64,000 nt of DNA from Chrysemys picta bellii (taxonomy: Eukaryota). The stretch lies in assembly GCF_011386835.1 (NCBI RefSeq), contig NC_088807.1, positions 26,288,001 through 26,352,000 of the forward strand, in the 5' to 3' direction. The position numbers and the translations under genes were made by a program. Of the stretch, positions 15,121 to 27,800 are shown in pieces; the first letter of the stretch is position 1; every line of letters starts with the position of its first letter. The notes beneath the pieces were generated by a model that searched no databases, was not told where the DNA came from, and was given only the letters and a program-made list of their open reading frames with translations.

Positions 15121-16989
15121 CCCCTGGCCACTTGGGGGTGTCAGGGACCCCCAGCTGTCACAGATCTGCAGGCCCAGCACAGGAACAGCCCTGGGGGGCC
15201 CTGTCAGTGGGGCAGCCCCCTTGGGGGTCACACTATCCCTGGGATCAGCCACTGGCTCCCCCACCCTCTCGGACCCACCTCGAAGCCTGCAGCCCCCCCG
15301 GGACTGGACCCACAAGGGAACCATGCCTCCCGCTGTCCCGAGCCAGAGTGACTCCCCCGGCAGTGTGAACGCAGGAGGGTTTCCCGAAGGTCCTACACCC
15401 CCAGCTGCTCCCACTTCACACATGGGCCAGGCCTTGGCCACCCCTGGTCTCTGCAAAGCAATCCCCCCCACCCTTAACCGGACGGGGGAAACTGAGGCAC
15501 GCGCAGAATTCATCGGATATCGTATGAAAACTTCCCACTCCACCACCTCAGCTGCCCCCCCCCCCAGCGGGGGGAGCTCTCACACCACAGCCCAGCCCCT
15601 GCACCACCAGCAGCCCTCGGCCTGGGGGGCTTCTGCCCCGCCGGCCCTTTGCCCCACCCCAGGGCCGGGGCAAGGCTGGCTGTGCCCTGCAGGGGGTGGG
15701 GCGAGCCTGGGGGCAGGCAGTGCGGGGACGCTGCATTCACTATCAGACACCCCCCCCCCCCAAGCTCGGGCGAGAACCCAGGAGTCCGACTGAAGGGGAG
15801 GGCCCTGGCCTGCAGAGGACCTGCTCTGTCAGCTGGGGGGGCACAAACCTCAGGGAGCCCCTGGCCCAGCCCCCCCGTTGCACTAGGGCAGGTTTCGCGG
15901 GGGGGGGGGGAGGGGGATTCAGGGGCCCGGCTCTGTTCCCCTCCCCCACCCCGGACCTGCCCCAGAGCGTCCCATGGGCAGTTCCCAGCCTGTCACCCCG
16001 GGGGGCAGCGGGGCCCCCCCATTCCGGAGTCTCTCTCTGGAGATGCCTCGGGCACTAGCCGAACCCCCGAACCTCCCTCCCTGCACCCCTAGCGGCCCGG
16101 ACTCCTGGGTTCTCTCCCTGGCTCTGGGAACGGGGGGGGATTGGTGGTGGGGGGGGCAGTTGGACGGTCCCCTCTGTGTTCCCAGAAACTGCTCCTCCCC
16201 CGCAGCAAGTACTGGGAAATACCCCCGCCCCCGCCCCCCCAGCCCTGCCGGTGCCCCTCACTCCCGACCCGCAGCCCCTGCCCCCCAGCCCTGCCGGTGC
16301 CCCTCACTCCCGACCCGCAGCCCCTGCCCCCCAGCCCTGCCGGTGCCCCCCACTCCCGACCCGCAGCCCCCACCAGCCCAGCTCCGTTTCCAGGCATCGC
16401 CCCTTCCCCAGTCCAACTTCTCCGCCCCCCAGGAATTCCCCAGCCGAGAGGGAGGCTGGGGTCGCGGTGAGGGGATCCCGCTCCCGGAGCAGGGAGAACC
16501 CAGGCGTCCTGGCTCCCAGCCCCCGCCCAGGGAGGGGCCGGGCGCTGGGGGAGGGGCGGCGGAGGGAGGGGTCTGACTCCGGATTATGTCACAGGCTCTG
16601 CAGCCGCAGTGGGGAGCGGAGCGGTTCGGGCGCAGGTAGGGGATGGGATGGGGCTGGGGGGGTTCGGTCCGTCCGGCTGCTCCTGCCCCCCCTCCGGCCC
16701 GGCCCGGCCCCCGCTGGGAGGGGCGAGGGGAACCTGCGGGGATGGGGGCTGAGATGGGGGATGGGAGGGGCAGGGGGGCTGTGGAGGGGGGATGGGTGGG
16801 GCAGGGGGGCTGTGGAGGGGGAGGGGCAGGGCTCAGTGGGGAGAAGCGGGATGTCAGGCTGGGGGCTGTTCAGGGGGGTGAGGGGCCCTGGGGGGCCGGC
16901 TGTGGGGGAGGGGCTGGGCGGGGCTGAGCTCCGTGTCCGTGGGGTGCCTGGGGGGTGTGATGGGGGGTTGTATGCTGAGTTGTGAGCCT

Positions 16990-17350
16990 GGGGTTGTGGG
17001 TCTTGCACGTTGGGTGTGGCCGGTGTGTTGGGTGTGGCAGGTGCTGCGTGTTGTGATTTGTGCTGTATGTTCTGTGTCTGTGGGGTGCATCTTGTGTCTG
17101 GCATGTGGGTTGTGTGTTGTGACGTGTGGGTTGTGTGGTGTTGTGGTGGGTTGCGTGTTGTGACATGTGGGTTGTGTGGTGTTGTGGTGGGTTGTGTGTT
17201 GTGACTTGTGGGTTGTGTGGTGTTGCGTGTTGCGGCCTGTGGGTTGTATGTTGCGTGTTGTGATGGGTGGGTTGTGTGGTGTTGTGCGTTGCGTGTAGTG
17301 TGCTGTGTGTTGTATGTTGCGTGTTGTGGCATGTGGGTTGTGTGTTGCGC
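16990..17350. repeat. GT-rich simple repeat (GTTGTGTGGT-like); duplicate at about 31900-32260
   Basis: Low-complexity G/T tract. Confidence 0.85.
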
Positions 17351-18659
17351 TGCATAGGAGACAGGGCTGGGCGCGGCCTTTGTGTGGGTCGGGGGGGGGA
17401 TCTGGGGCGGTTGGTCGTGTCCTAGAGCCCCCAGCCCCCCAAATCCCCTGGAATCCCCCAGCCCCTAACCCCAGCACACAGCGGGGGGGCAAGAGAGACA
17501 GACCCCCCCCCCGGACACCCCAACTTTGTGTGTGTGCCTGGGGGGGTGTCCCAGGGAGCGGAGCTTGGGAACGGGATGGGGGGGACTCCCAGGCACTGGT
17601 AAATGGGGGGTGAATTCGTGTGGGGGAGAGTCTAGACGGGGGGGGAGAGCTCCTGTCTGTGCCCCTCACTCCCGACCTGCAGCCCCCTGCCAGCCCACCC
17701 TGCCGGTGCCCCTCACTCCCGACCCGCAGCCCCTGCCAGCCCTGCCCAGCCCTGTCCCCCCGCAGCCCTGCCGGTGCCCCTCACTCCCGACCCGCAGCCC
17801 CCTGCCCCCCCCAGCCCTGCCGGTGCCCCTCACTCCCGACCCACAGCCCCTGGCCAGCCCCCCTGACCCCCCAGAGAGTCACTGGGCCTGTCTGCGAGGG
17901 GGTGTCTGAAAGTGAAGGGGGATCCCCCCCAGCCCATCCCCCCCCCCCCCGGGAAGGGTGGGGTCATGGCAGGTGCTTGGGGGAGGGGAATTTCCACATG
18001 AGTTGCAGGCAAATTAGCGGGGGGGGGGGAGCACCTGGCTCTGGGTACGTGTGTGGGGGAAGGGGAGTACACAGGGCCGTGGCCACCCGACCCCCCTCCC
18101 CTCCCAGGGCCGGGAGAGAACCCAGGAGTCCAGGCGGGGGAAGGGGCCTGGCTGCGGCGATGGGCAGGGCTTGGCCCCGTCAGCCCGGTGGGGGGGTTGC
18201 TGTGTGGAGACGGCCCCCCCGGAGCCCAGGGGCCAGGGCCCAGCATGACACACCCCCCCCGACCCCCCCTGGCGCCCGGACTGCCCAGGGCAGAGTCACC
18301 TGTCAGAGCCGGTTAGTGGGAGCCCGGACTCCTGGGTTCTCTGCCGGCTCTGGGCAGGAAGGGGAGTCTGGGGGGTTAGAGTGGGGGTCTGGGAGCCAGG
18401 ACTCCTGCGTTCTCTTCCCGGCTCTGGGAGGGGAGCGGAGGCTGGTGGTCAGAGCGGGGGGGGGGGGGGCTGGGAGCCAGGAGTCCATGGAGCTGGATCC
18501 CCACATCCTGGGTGCCCCGTTTCCAGCCCCCCCCCCACGCTGGCATCCGGCCTGTGCCACTGAGACAAGAACTCGTTTGTGTGGAGGCCAAGAGCCACCC
18601 CACCCCCACACTTCCGCTGTCCGCGGTGGGGCCTGACCCTGGGCCCAGCCCCCACAATG

Positions 18660-19410
18660 GGGCCCTGTTGGGGCAGGGCTGGGCTGGCAGGGGCTGCGGG
18701 TCGGGAGTGAGGGGCACCGGCAGGGCTGGGGGGTGGGGGCTGGGCTGGCGGGGGCTGCGGGTCGGGAGTGAGGGGCGCCGGCGGGGCTGGGGGGCTGGGC
18801 TAGCAGGAGGCTGCGGGTCGGGAGTGAGGGGCGCCGGCGGGGCTGGGGGGCTGGGCTGGCAGGGGCTGCGGGTCGGGAGTGAGGGGCACTGGCGGGGCTG
18901 GGGGGCTGGGCTGGGCTAGCAGGGGGCTGCGGGTCGGGAGTGAGGGGCACTGGCAGGGCGGGGGGGGCAGGGCTGGGCTGGCAGGGGCTGCGGGTCGGGA
19001 GTGAGGGGCGCCGGCAGAGCTGGGGGGGGCAGGGCTGGGCTAGCAGGGGCTGCGGGTCGGGAGTGAGGGGCGCCGGCAGGGCTGGCAGGGGGCTGCGGGT
19101 CGGGAGTGAGGGGCGCCGGCAGAGCTGGGGGGGGCAGGGCTGGGCTAGCAGGGGCTGCGGGTCGGGAGTGAGGGGCGCCGGCAGAGCTGGGGGGGGCAGG
19201 GCTGGGCTAGCAGGGGCTGCGGGTCGGGAGTGAGGGGCACCGGCAGGGCTGGGGGGTGGGGGCTGGGCTGGCGGGGGCTGCGGGTCGGGAGTGAGGGGCG
19301 CCGGCGGGGCTGGGGGGCTGGGCTGGCAGGGGCTGTGGGTCGGGAGTGAGGGGCACCGGCGGGGCTGGGGGGCTGGGCTGGGCTGGCAGGGGCTGTGGGT
19401 CGGGAGTGAG
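18660..19410. repeat. Array of the dispersed GGGCTGCGGGTCGGGAGTGAGGGGC minisatellite
   Basis: Tandem units; the copy B counterpart at about 33575-34090 is shorter. Confidence 0.9.
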
Positions 19411-19686
19411 GGGGACCCTCTCCTCCCCTCCCCTCCCCCACCCTGTCATTCTCTCTGTCTGTTTTCCCTGGTGCCGGGTTTGAATCGGGTCCTTCTGTAA
19501 AAGGGCCGGGGCGGGAGGGGTCCTGGGGGGGCTTCAGAGCCCTTAACTCTTTGCTGTCCGGCTCGGGGAGGGGAGCGGGGGCTGGTGGCGAGAGCGGGGG
19601 GAGGGCAGGAGCCCGGACTCCAGGGTTCTCTCCCTTGCCCCTGGTGGGGTCAAGGTGACTGTGGACCATTATCCCACTGCCTCTTG

Positions 19687-19700
19687 GTTGCCATGGAAAC
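19687..19700. promoter_or_regulatory. Palindromic RFX X-box GTTGCCATGGAAAC upstream of L1CAM (copy at 34366-34379)
   Basis: One mismatch to the canonical GTTGCCATGGCAAC. Confidence 0.5.
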
Positions 19701-20444
19701 GCAGGAAATGCAGCAGCGGTGTGGGGGGGGAGATGCCGGCACAACAGACAACACCTGGCGCTCGCCTCGAAACCCCCCGGCTGCCCTGGATACGCACACG
19801 TCCCCCAACAACCCACAGCCTGTGACATACAACACACCAACACCCCCAGCACTCAACACATCCACAACAACCCATAATACCCAACGCCCCCTGCCCCTGC
19901 AGCCCCGTGCAGCCCACCCACCCTCGGTAACACACAACAGGCTGCAGACGCCCCAGTGCCCCTTGCCTCCCCCCTTCGCTTGCTCCATGGCTCAGTGCCC
20001 GGAGTGTGACCCGCCGAACCCCCCAAACCCCCCCAGCAGCAGGATCCCCACGACGTGGGAAATCCCTAAATCGCCGCAAGCCCCCCCCCGAGACACTGGC
20101 CCAGGGGAGCAGGTGCCAGATCCGGGTGATGGGGAGTGCGTTGTGGGGCCCATCCCCTCTGGGGGGCGCCGGCTCCCCCCCCCCGGCCCCAGGGCAGGGC
20201 CTGGCTGGCTCAGGGGGCGGGGGGGTCAGATGTCTGACACCTGGGGTCTCTCTTCATGCCTGAGGAGTTTACAAGTGGCTGGGGGGGGTTCAGAGACCTT
20301 GGGGACAATCCCCACCCCCCAACATGGCCCAACCGCCCCCCCCTTCTCCCTCTGCTCAGGGGGCCTCGGACAGACGCTGTCAGTTGACGCATTAACTCCC
20401 TGGCTGCTGGAATATTTTTTTTTCTGAGAAACCAACCACAGAAC

Positions 20445-20975
20445 TAGCAGGGGCTGCGGGTCGGGAGTGAGGGGCACCGGCAGGGCTGTCGGGGGGAGGG
20501 GCAGGGCTGGGCTAGCAGGGGCTGCGGGTCGGGAGTGAGGGGCGCCGGCGGGGCTGGGGGGCTGGGCTGGGCTAGCAGGGGCTGCGGGTCGGGAGTGAGG
20601 GGCGCCGGCGGGGCTGGGGGGCAGGGCTGGGCTAGCAGGGGCTGTGGGTCGGGAGTGAGGGGCGCCGGCGGGGCTGGGGGGCAGGGCTGGGCTAGCAGGG
20701 GCTGCGGGTCGGGAGTGAGGGGCGCCGGCGGGGCTGGGCTAGCAGGGGGCTGTGGGTCGGGAGTGAGGGGCGCCGGCGGGGCTGGGGGGCAGGGCTGGGC
20801 TAGCAGGGGCTGCGGGTCGGGAGTGAGGGGCGCCGGCGGGGCTGCGGGGGGGCAGGGCTGGGCTAGCAGGGGCTGCAGGTTGGGAGTGAGGGGCACCGGC
20901 AGGACTTGGGCGGGGGGGCAGGGCTGGGCCAGCAGGGGCTGCGGGTTGGGAGTGAGGGGCACCGGCAAGGCTGGG
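20445..20975. repeat. Array of the GGGCTGCGGGTCGGGAGTGAGGGGC minisatellite
   Basis: Tandem units; copy B counterpart at about 35120-35650. Confidence 0.9.
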
Positions 20976-21895
20976 GGCTCCCCCCCTCCAGTTTCTGCTC
21001 CCCCCCGTACTCTGGTTCCATCTGCCTCTGGGACATGGTGGCTCACAGGGGAGGTGCCCGGCGCTGGTGACCACAACGGTGCCAACTCCAAGCAGACAAT
21101 GACGGAAACCCTGCGACCGACTCGTCTGGGCCCAGATCTTTGGGACCAGCTGCCTCCTCCCACTCCCCTCCCAGAGCTGGGGAGAGAACCCAGGCGTCCG
21201 GGCTCCCACCCCGCCCTGCTCTAACCCACCAGCTCTCCTCTCAGATAAGAATCCCTGACTTGATAACAAATTTACTTTGCTATCGTAGGGCTGGATAGGA
21301 GCCAGTGCCCCCTGGAGGGCACAGGCCCCAGCCCCATTCCCTGCCCCCCTCAGCCAGCCAGTCCCCGCCCTGGGGCTGAATGTTTAATAACAGCACAGTT
21401 TGTACAGGTGGCAGGGGCTGCGGGTCGGGAGTGAGGGGCACCGGCAGGGCTGGGGGGGCAGGGGCTGCGGGTCGGGAGTGAGGGGCGCTGGCAGGGCTGG
21501 GGGGGCCAGGGCCAGGCTCGTGGGGGCTGTGGGTCGGGAGTGAGGAGCATCTTTCCTCTCCTCTCTCTCCTCCTCCCTATTAATAATTCATACCCCCTCC
21601 CCCGTCGCCGGCACTTTTCCATCTGTTCCCGTGTCCGTCCGTCCACCCGTCTGTCTCCTGCTGGGGGAGGGGAGGGGCTGGGGGGATCCTGCTGGGTTGA
21701 CAAGATAAGCCCCTTAGCCTGGTAATTGCCCCTGGGGAGGTTGGGGGGGTTCTCACTGTGCAGGAATTTGGGGGAGGGGCGGCGCTCCACCCCAGAGGTG
21801 GTCGCATGGATCTCGCTCAGTGATGGTGCTTCTCCCCCAGCCAGGTGCAGGGAGCGACCCGCGGCGCCCCCCAGCCAGCGCCGCCCGGATTGAGG

Positions 21896-24800
21896 ATGGC
21901 TCCCACGCGGGGCCAGCTGCTCCAGCTCTGGCCCCTGCTGTTCGGCCTGGCCGAGGCCCTCACCATCCCCAAGGAGTGTGAGTAGCTGGGGGGGGTCGGG
22001 TCCGTCCCCCGCTTGAGCCAGAAGTGGGGCAGTCCAGGTGTCCATGGATGGTGGATCCCTCCCATTACCCTGCCATGGTACAGTCCAAGTTTCAACCCAT
22101 AGCTACAATCAGCACCACGGACCGGGCTCTGGGTGTTGCAATGGGCTGTAGCTACAGTCAGCACCAGGGACAGGGCTCCGGGTGTTGCATTGGGCTGTAG
22201 CTACAGTCAGCACCAGGGACAGGGCTCCGGGTGTTGCAATGGGCTGTAGCTACAGTCAGCATCAGGGACAGGGCCCCGGGTATTGCATTGGACTGAAGCT
22301 ACAGTCAGCACCACGGACAGGACTCCGGGTGTTGCAATGGGCTGTAGCTACAGTCAGCACCAGGGACAGGGCCCCGGGTATTGCATTGGGCTGTAGCTAC
22401 AGTCAGCACCAGGGACAGGGCCCCGGGTATTGCATTGGGCTGTAGCTACAGTCAGCACCACGGACCGGGCTCCGGGGGTTGCATTGGGCTGTAGCTACAG
22501 TCAGCACCACGGACCAGGCTCCGGGTGTTGCAATGGGCTGTAGCTACAGTCAGCACCAGGGACAGGGCCCTGGGTGTTGCATTGGGCTGTAGCTAGTCAG
22601 CACCACGGACAGGGCTCTGGGTGTTGCATTGGGCTGTAGCTACAGGCACCACCAGGGACAGGGCTCCAGGTGTTGCAATGGGCTGTAGCTACAGTCAGCA
22701 CCAGGGACAGGGCCCCAGGTGTTGCATTGGGCTGAAGATACAGTCAGCACCACGGACCGGGCTACAGGTGTTGCATTGGGCTGAAGCTACAGTCAGCACC
22801 ATGGACAGGGTTCCGGGTGTTGCATTGGGCTGAAGCTACAGTCAGCACCATGGACAGGGCTCCGGGTGTTGCAAAGGGCTGCAGCTATAGTCAGCACCAC
22901 AGACCGGGCTCAGGGTGTTGCATTGGGCTGTAGGTACAGTTCACCCCACGGACAGGGCTCTGGGTGTTGCATTGGGGTGTAGCTACATTCAGCACCATGG
23001 ACAGGGCTCCGGGTGTTGCATTGGGCTGAAGCTACAGTCAGCACCACGGACAGGGCTCCGGGTGTTGCAATGGGCTGTAGCTACAGTCAGCACCACGGAC
23101 AGGGCTCCGGGTGTTGCATTGGGCTGTAGCTACAGTCAGCACCACGGACAGGGCTCCGGGTGTTGCATTGGGCTGTAGCTACAGTCAGCACCGCGGACTG
23201 GGCTCAGGGTGTTGCACTGGGCTGTATCCGCCCGTGCCAAACCCATGGGTGGGGGGAGTTTCTGCAGGGGAGGAATCCATGGATCTGATCCGGGGGTGGT
23301 TTTGCACATTCACTCTGGCACACTTTGCACGGTTCTTCATGCCGCAGTGCACAATCATTTTCTGTGCCTTGCTTGCTGTAACACCCGCTCATGTACAATC
23401 CCCCCTCGCTCCCCGTGAGCGCCCAGCTCCACCTGCCCTTCGCATGTGCGGTCGCGCACTCACCCTTCCCCACCCCCTCCGCTCACTCTTGTGCATGCTC
23501 ACCCTCACCAAGCACCCTCCAGGCCTTGTGCCAGCTCACCTGGCACACTTGAGCACTCCCAGCTCTCTTGCACACTTTGGCACACCCTCCAGTGCACACT
23601 CATGTCTCCCAGCACATCCCGCCTTGCAACCGTGGACATGCTCTGGCCAGTTTGCCTTGCACACTTCTGCACAAGCGCAGTGCACAACTTGCATGCTCAC
23701 ACCCACACAGCCCTCGGTCCCACTCCCGGGGCCCCCACGTGGGACGCCAGCTAACGTCTCTCTGTGTCTCTCCCCTCTGCTACCCGGCGCCACAGACGAG
23801 ATGCACAACCGTGAGTCCTGGGGTGAAACGGGGTATCCGGGGATTCTGGGCACACTCAGGCTGCGGCTTTGCACACTCACCCCCTTTTCCCAAGAACCCC
23901 CAGGGCCGTTTCGGATCCATCAGGAGAGAGATTGGGGGGGCCGTGGTGGGGAGGGGAAATGGGGGGGGGTCTAGGGGGAAGTTTGGGAGAGTTCAGGGGA
24001 GGGGGAATTGGGGCACTCTGGGGAAGCTTGGGGTGGGACGGGGGGCAGAGCAGGTTGCTGGGTTCTCAGTCTCTGTAACAGCCCCCCCGCGCTCCCCCAG
24101 TGCGGCAGCCCCCTGAGATGATGGAGCAGCCGGCGGAGAAGCTGGTCGTGTTCCCCAGCGATGACATTGTGCTGCGGTGTGAGGCCACCGGGACACCCCC
24201 CCTCGAGTGAGTACGGCCCCTCTCTTCCCCACCGCCGCCTCCCTCCCCTCCCCGCCCCCCAGGGCCCCCAACCCCCCGGTGCCGCCCCGAGCTCCTCCCC
24301 CTCCCCCCACAGGTTCCGCTGGACGAAGGATGGGCGCAGGTTCGACCCGCGCCGGGAGGCCGGGGTGACGGTCGTCGAGGGCTCGGGGACCCTGTACATC
24401 AACAACAGCAATGCGGGGCGGCACCAGGGCATCTATCGGTGCTACGCCAGCAACGACCTGGGCACGGCCATGGGGCCGGAGATCCACGTCATCGCCGAGA
24501 GTAAGTGACCCCCTCCCCGCCGTGGGCAGCGCCCCTAACTCCTGACCCGCAGCCCCCCGAACCCAGCCGTTCCCCCCCCATGCATCCGGCGCCCCTCACT
24601 CCCGACCCGCAGCCCCCCGAACCTAGCCCTTCCCCCCCCCATGCATCCGGCGCCCCTCACTCCTGACCCGCAGCCCCCCGAACCCAGCCCTTCCCCCCCC
24701 CCCTGCATCTGGCGCCCCTCACTCCCGACCCGCAGTCCCCCAAACCCAGCCCTTCCCCCCCCATGCATCTGGCGCCCCTCACTCCCGACCCGCAGCCCCC

Positions 24801-27800
24801 TGAACCCAGCCCTTCCCCCCCCATGAATCTGGCGCCCCTCACTCCCGACCCGCAGCCCCCCGAACCCAGCCTTGGGCCCCCCCCCCACTTTTACCTGCAG
24901 GTCTCCCCAGAGCTCAGCCAATTGCTCCTGTTTCCACAGCAACCATTTCCATGGCAGCGAGGTGTCAGGGTGATGTAATTGCTCCTCTCCATCAGCCCCT
25001 CCCCCACCCCCTCCCCCACCCTTGGCTGTAGCCTGAGACCCCCTCCCCCCCCCCCCCAGCCTCCCCAGGGAGCAAAGGCCGGGGAAGTGGAGACGCCCTG
25101 TGGAGAATCCACCCTGCCCCCCGCAGCCCTGCTGGTGCCCCTCACTCCCGACCCCCAGCCCCCCAGCCTGGCCCTGCCCACCAGCCCCGCCGGTGCCCCT
25201 CACTCCCGACCCGCAGCCCCTGCCAGCCCAGCCCAGCCCCCCAGCCCCGCCCGTGCCCCTCACTCCCGACCCGCAGCCCCCCAGCCTGGCCCTGCCCCCC
25301 CATTGTTGATTGAACCCCCCCTCCCTGCTGCAGGCACCCCCCAGTGGCCCAAGGAGAAGGTTTCCCCATTGGAGGTGGAGGAGGGGGAGTCTGTCGTCCT
25401 GCCCTGCAACCCCCCCGCCAGTGCCATGCCCCCCAAAATCTACTGGCTGAACAGCCGTGAGTATCCGCTGCCAGGAGCGGGGCCCGGGGCCTGTCCCCTC
25501 TGGGGGCACCAGCTCCCATCCAGCCCCACAGCGGGGACTCAGGGGCACGGGGAGTGGGGCTGGGGGGGGCGCCGGCTCCCCCCTGACCCAGGGCGGGGAC
25601 TGGCTGGCTCAGGGGCGCGGGGAGTGGGGCTGGGGGGGGCGCCGGCTCCCCCCTGACCCAGGGCGGGGACTGGCTGGTTCAGGGGCGCGAGGAGTGGGGT
25701 TGGGGGGGGCGCCGGCTCCCCCCTGACCCAGGGCGGGGACTGGCTGGTTCAGGGGCGCGGGGAGTGGGGCTGGGGGGGGCACCGGCTCCCTCCTGACCCA
25801 GGGCGGGGACTGGCTGGTTCAGGGGCGCGGGGAGTGGGGCTGGGGGGGGGCGCCGGCTCCCCCCTGACCCAGGGCGGGGACTGGCTGGCTCAGGGGCGCG
25901 AGTAGTGGGGTTGGGGGGGGCGCCGGCTCCCCCCTGACCCAGGGCGGGGACTGGCTGGCTCAGGGGGGCAGGGAGTGGGGCTGGGGGGGGCGCCGGCTCC
26001 CCCCGACCCAGGGCGGGGACTGGCTGGTTCAGGGGCGCGAGGAGTGGGGTTGGGGGGGGGCGCCGGCTCCCCCCTGACCCAGGGCGGGGACTGGCCGGCG
26101 CAGGGGGGCTCAGGGGGTGGGGAATGGGGCAAGGGCTGCGGGGAGCAGGGGGCGGGTTGAGCTCCGGTTTAACCCCTCGCTGCCCGGCAGGCATCGTACA
26201 CATCGCGCAGGACGAGCGGGTCAGCATGGGGCAGGACGGGTACTTGTACTTTGCCAACGTCCGGCGCTCGGACAGTCACCCCGACTACATCTGCCACGCC
26301 CACTACCTGGGCCCCCGCACCATCATCCAGAAAGAGCCGATCGAGCTGCGGGTCCGACCCAGTGAGTGGTGTGGGGGCCCCTCGGACCTGGGGGAGGGAC
26401 CTGCGGGGGGGGGGGCAGCCCTGAGTGGGGACCCTTGTGCCGGGAGGTATAAAGGCTTGGGGGGGGGTCGATTTTCAGCGCAGCCCCAGGCATTGGAACC
26501 CAGGCATCCGGGTGTATCTCCCAGGTGACCCCCCCCCCCCAATCCATCCCTCGGTGTCGGGGGGCCACTCCTCCCCCCGATCTCTTTGCTATTTCTGCCC
26601 CCCACCTCTCAGCAGGGATCCCCCCCCACCAATTTCTCGGCATCCGTTGGAGCACTCCTAGGGCTGCGCTATCCCTTTGGGGCCCCCCCGTGGCTCCTGC
26701 GCCCTCTGGGGGGTGGACTGGGGTCCTGGGGACCCCCCAGGTTTGGGGGTATCCGGCCAAATTGAGCCTGGTACATTGGGGGCCATTGCCCCCCCTCCCC
26801 ACCCCTCTGATGGACAGAGGGGGGTACACAGGGGCACATGGGGATGGACGGGGCAGTGTCACGGACTCACAGATCGTGCCCATGCTTGGCCCCGTGCGGT
26901 CCCTGGGGCGAACCCCGGTCAGAGGGACAGCCCTTCTCGGGGTCCCCTCTGTCCCAGGGGTCAGGCCCCTCCACCTCCTGGAGCCGCACCTCTCTGAGCC
27001 TTAGCACGTCTGTCTCTGCCATGGGCCCCCCAGGGAGTCCCCTCGCTCTGGGGCCCCCCATCTCCCCGCTCCCAGAGTCAATAATGCCCCCCCCCCGTTC
27101 TCTAGCCCGGAGGGACACTCAGCCAGCGTCGCACAGGAGGGTTATCGAGCGTCTGACCCCAGCACAGGAAACTCTCCGGCCTCAGGCCTGGCCCCCCTCA
27201 GCCCAGCACATCCCAGTCTCCCCTGCATCCAGGGGGGCTCTGCCTGCTCCCCCTCTCCAGCCCCGACCCCCCTGCTCCCCAGCTGGGCATCTGATACCCC
27301 CAGCCCCAAGCCAGGGAAACAGGGTCGCCTGGGCCTCCTCTCCCCTCTTCTGTCCTCTGGCCCCCAGCAACACCCAGGGAAACTGAGTCCCACCCCCTCA
27401 GCATGCAAACCATTGGAAACCTCCCCCCACTGCTTGGTGCTGACCCCCTCCCTGTCTCCCCTGCAGCCAACTCAGTGAAGTTTCGCAAGCCCCGGATGAT
27501 GGTACCGCCCGGGGAGAGCAGCTCCCACGTCGCCCTGCGGGGTTCCAGCCTGGCCCTGGAGTGCATCGCGGAGGGCTTGTGAGTGGGGCGGGCGCTTGGG
27601 GGGCACTGGGGGGCTGCGGGTTGAGGGCTATGGGGGTGGGTGTTACTGGGGCTGTGGGGGGGCCTGTCTGACCCCCCAGCCCCATGCCAGCCCCGCTCTG
27701 CCCCCAGCCCCACGCCCACTGTGGAGTGGATCCGTCTGAACGGCCCCCTGCCCGCGGAGCGCACGGCCCTGGAGAACTCCCAGAAAACTCTGCGGATCCG

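Noticed and set aside
16589-17355. His/Thr/Asn-rich ORFs on the minus strand (and the copies at 31499-32402)
   Set aside because: Translations of a GT/CA simple repeat.
22098-23226. CRISPR-like appearance of the regular 49-bp array
   Set aside because: The whole unit is repeated with no unique spacers, the context is a spliced vertebrate gene, and no cas genes are present.
23560-23670. Metal-response elements (TGCACAC) upstream of the micro-exon
   Set aside because: Only about three matches in a GCAC-rich tract, not distinguishable from background without a test.
23111-23974. 287-aa ORF and its 383-aa counterpart at 37682-38833
   Set aside because: They start in the RE1 array and run through intronic sequence. 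No recognisable family, and the end points differ between copies.
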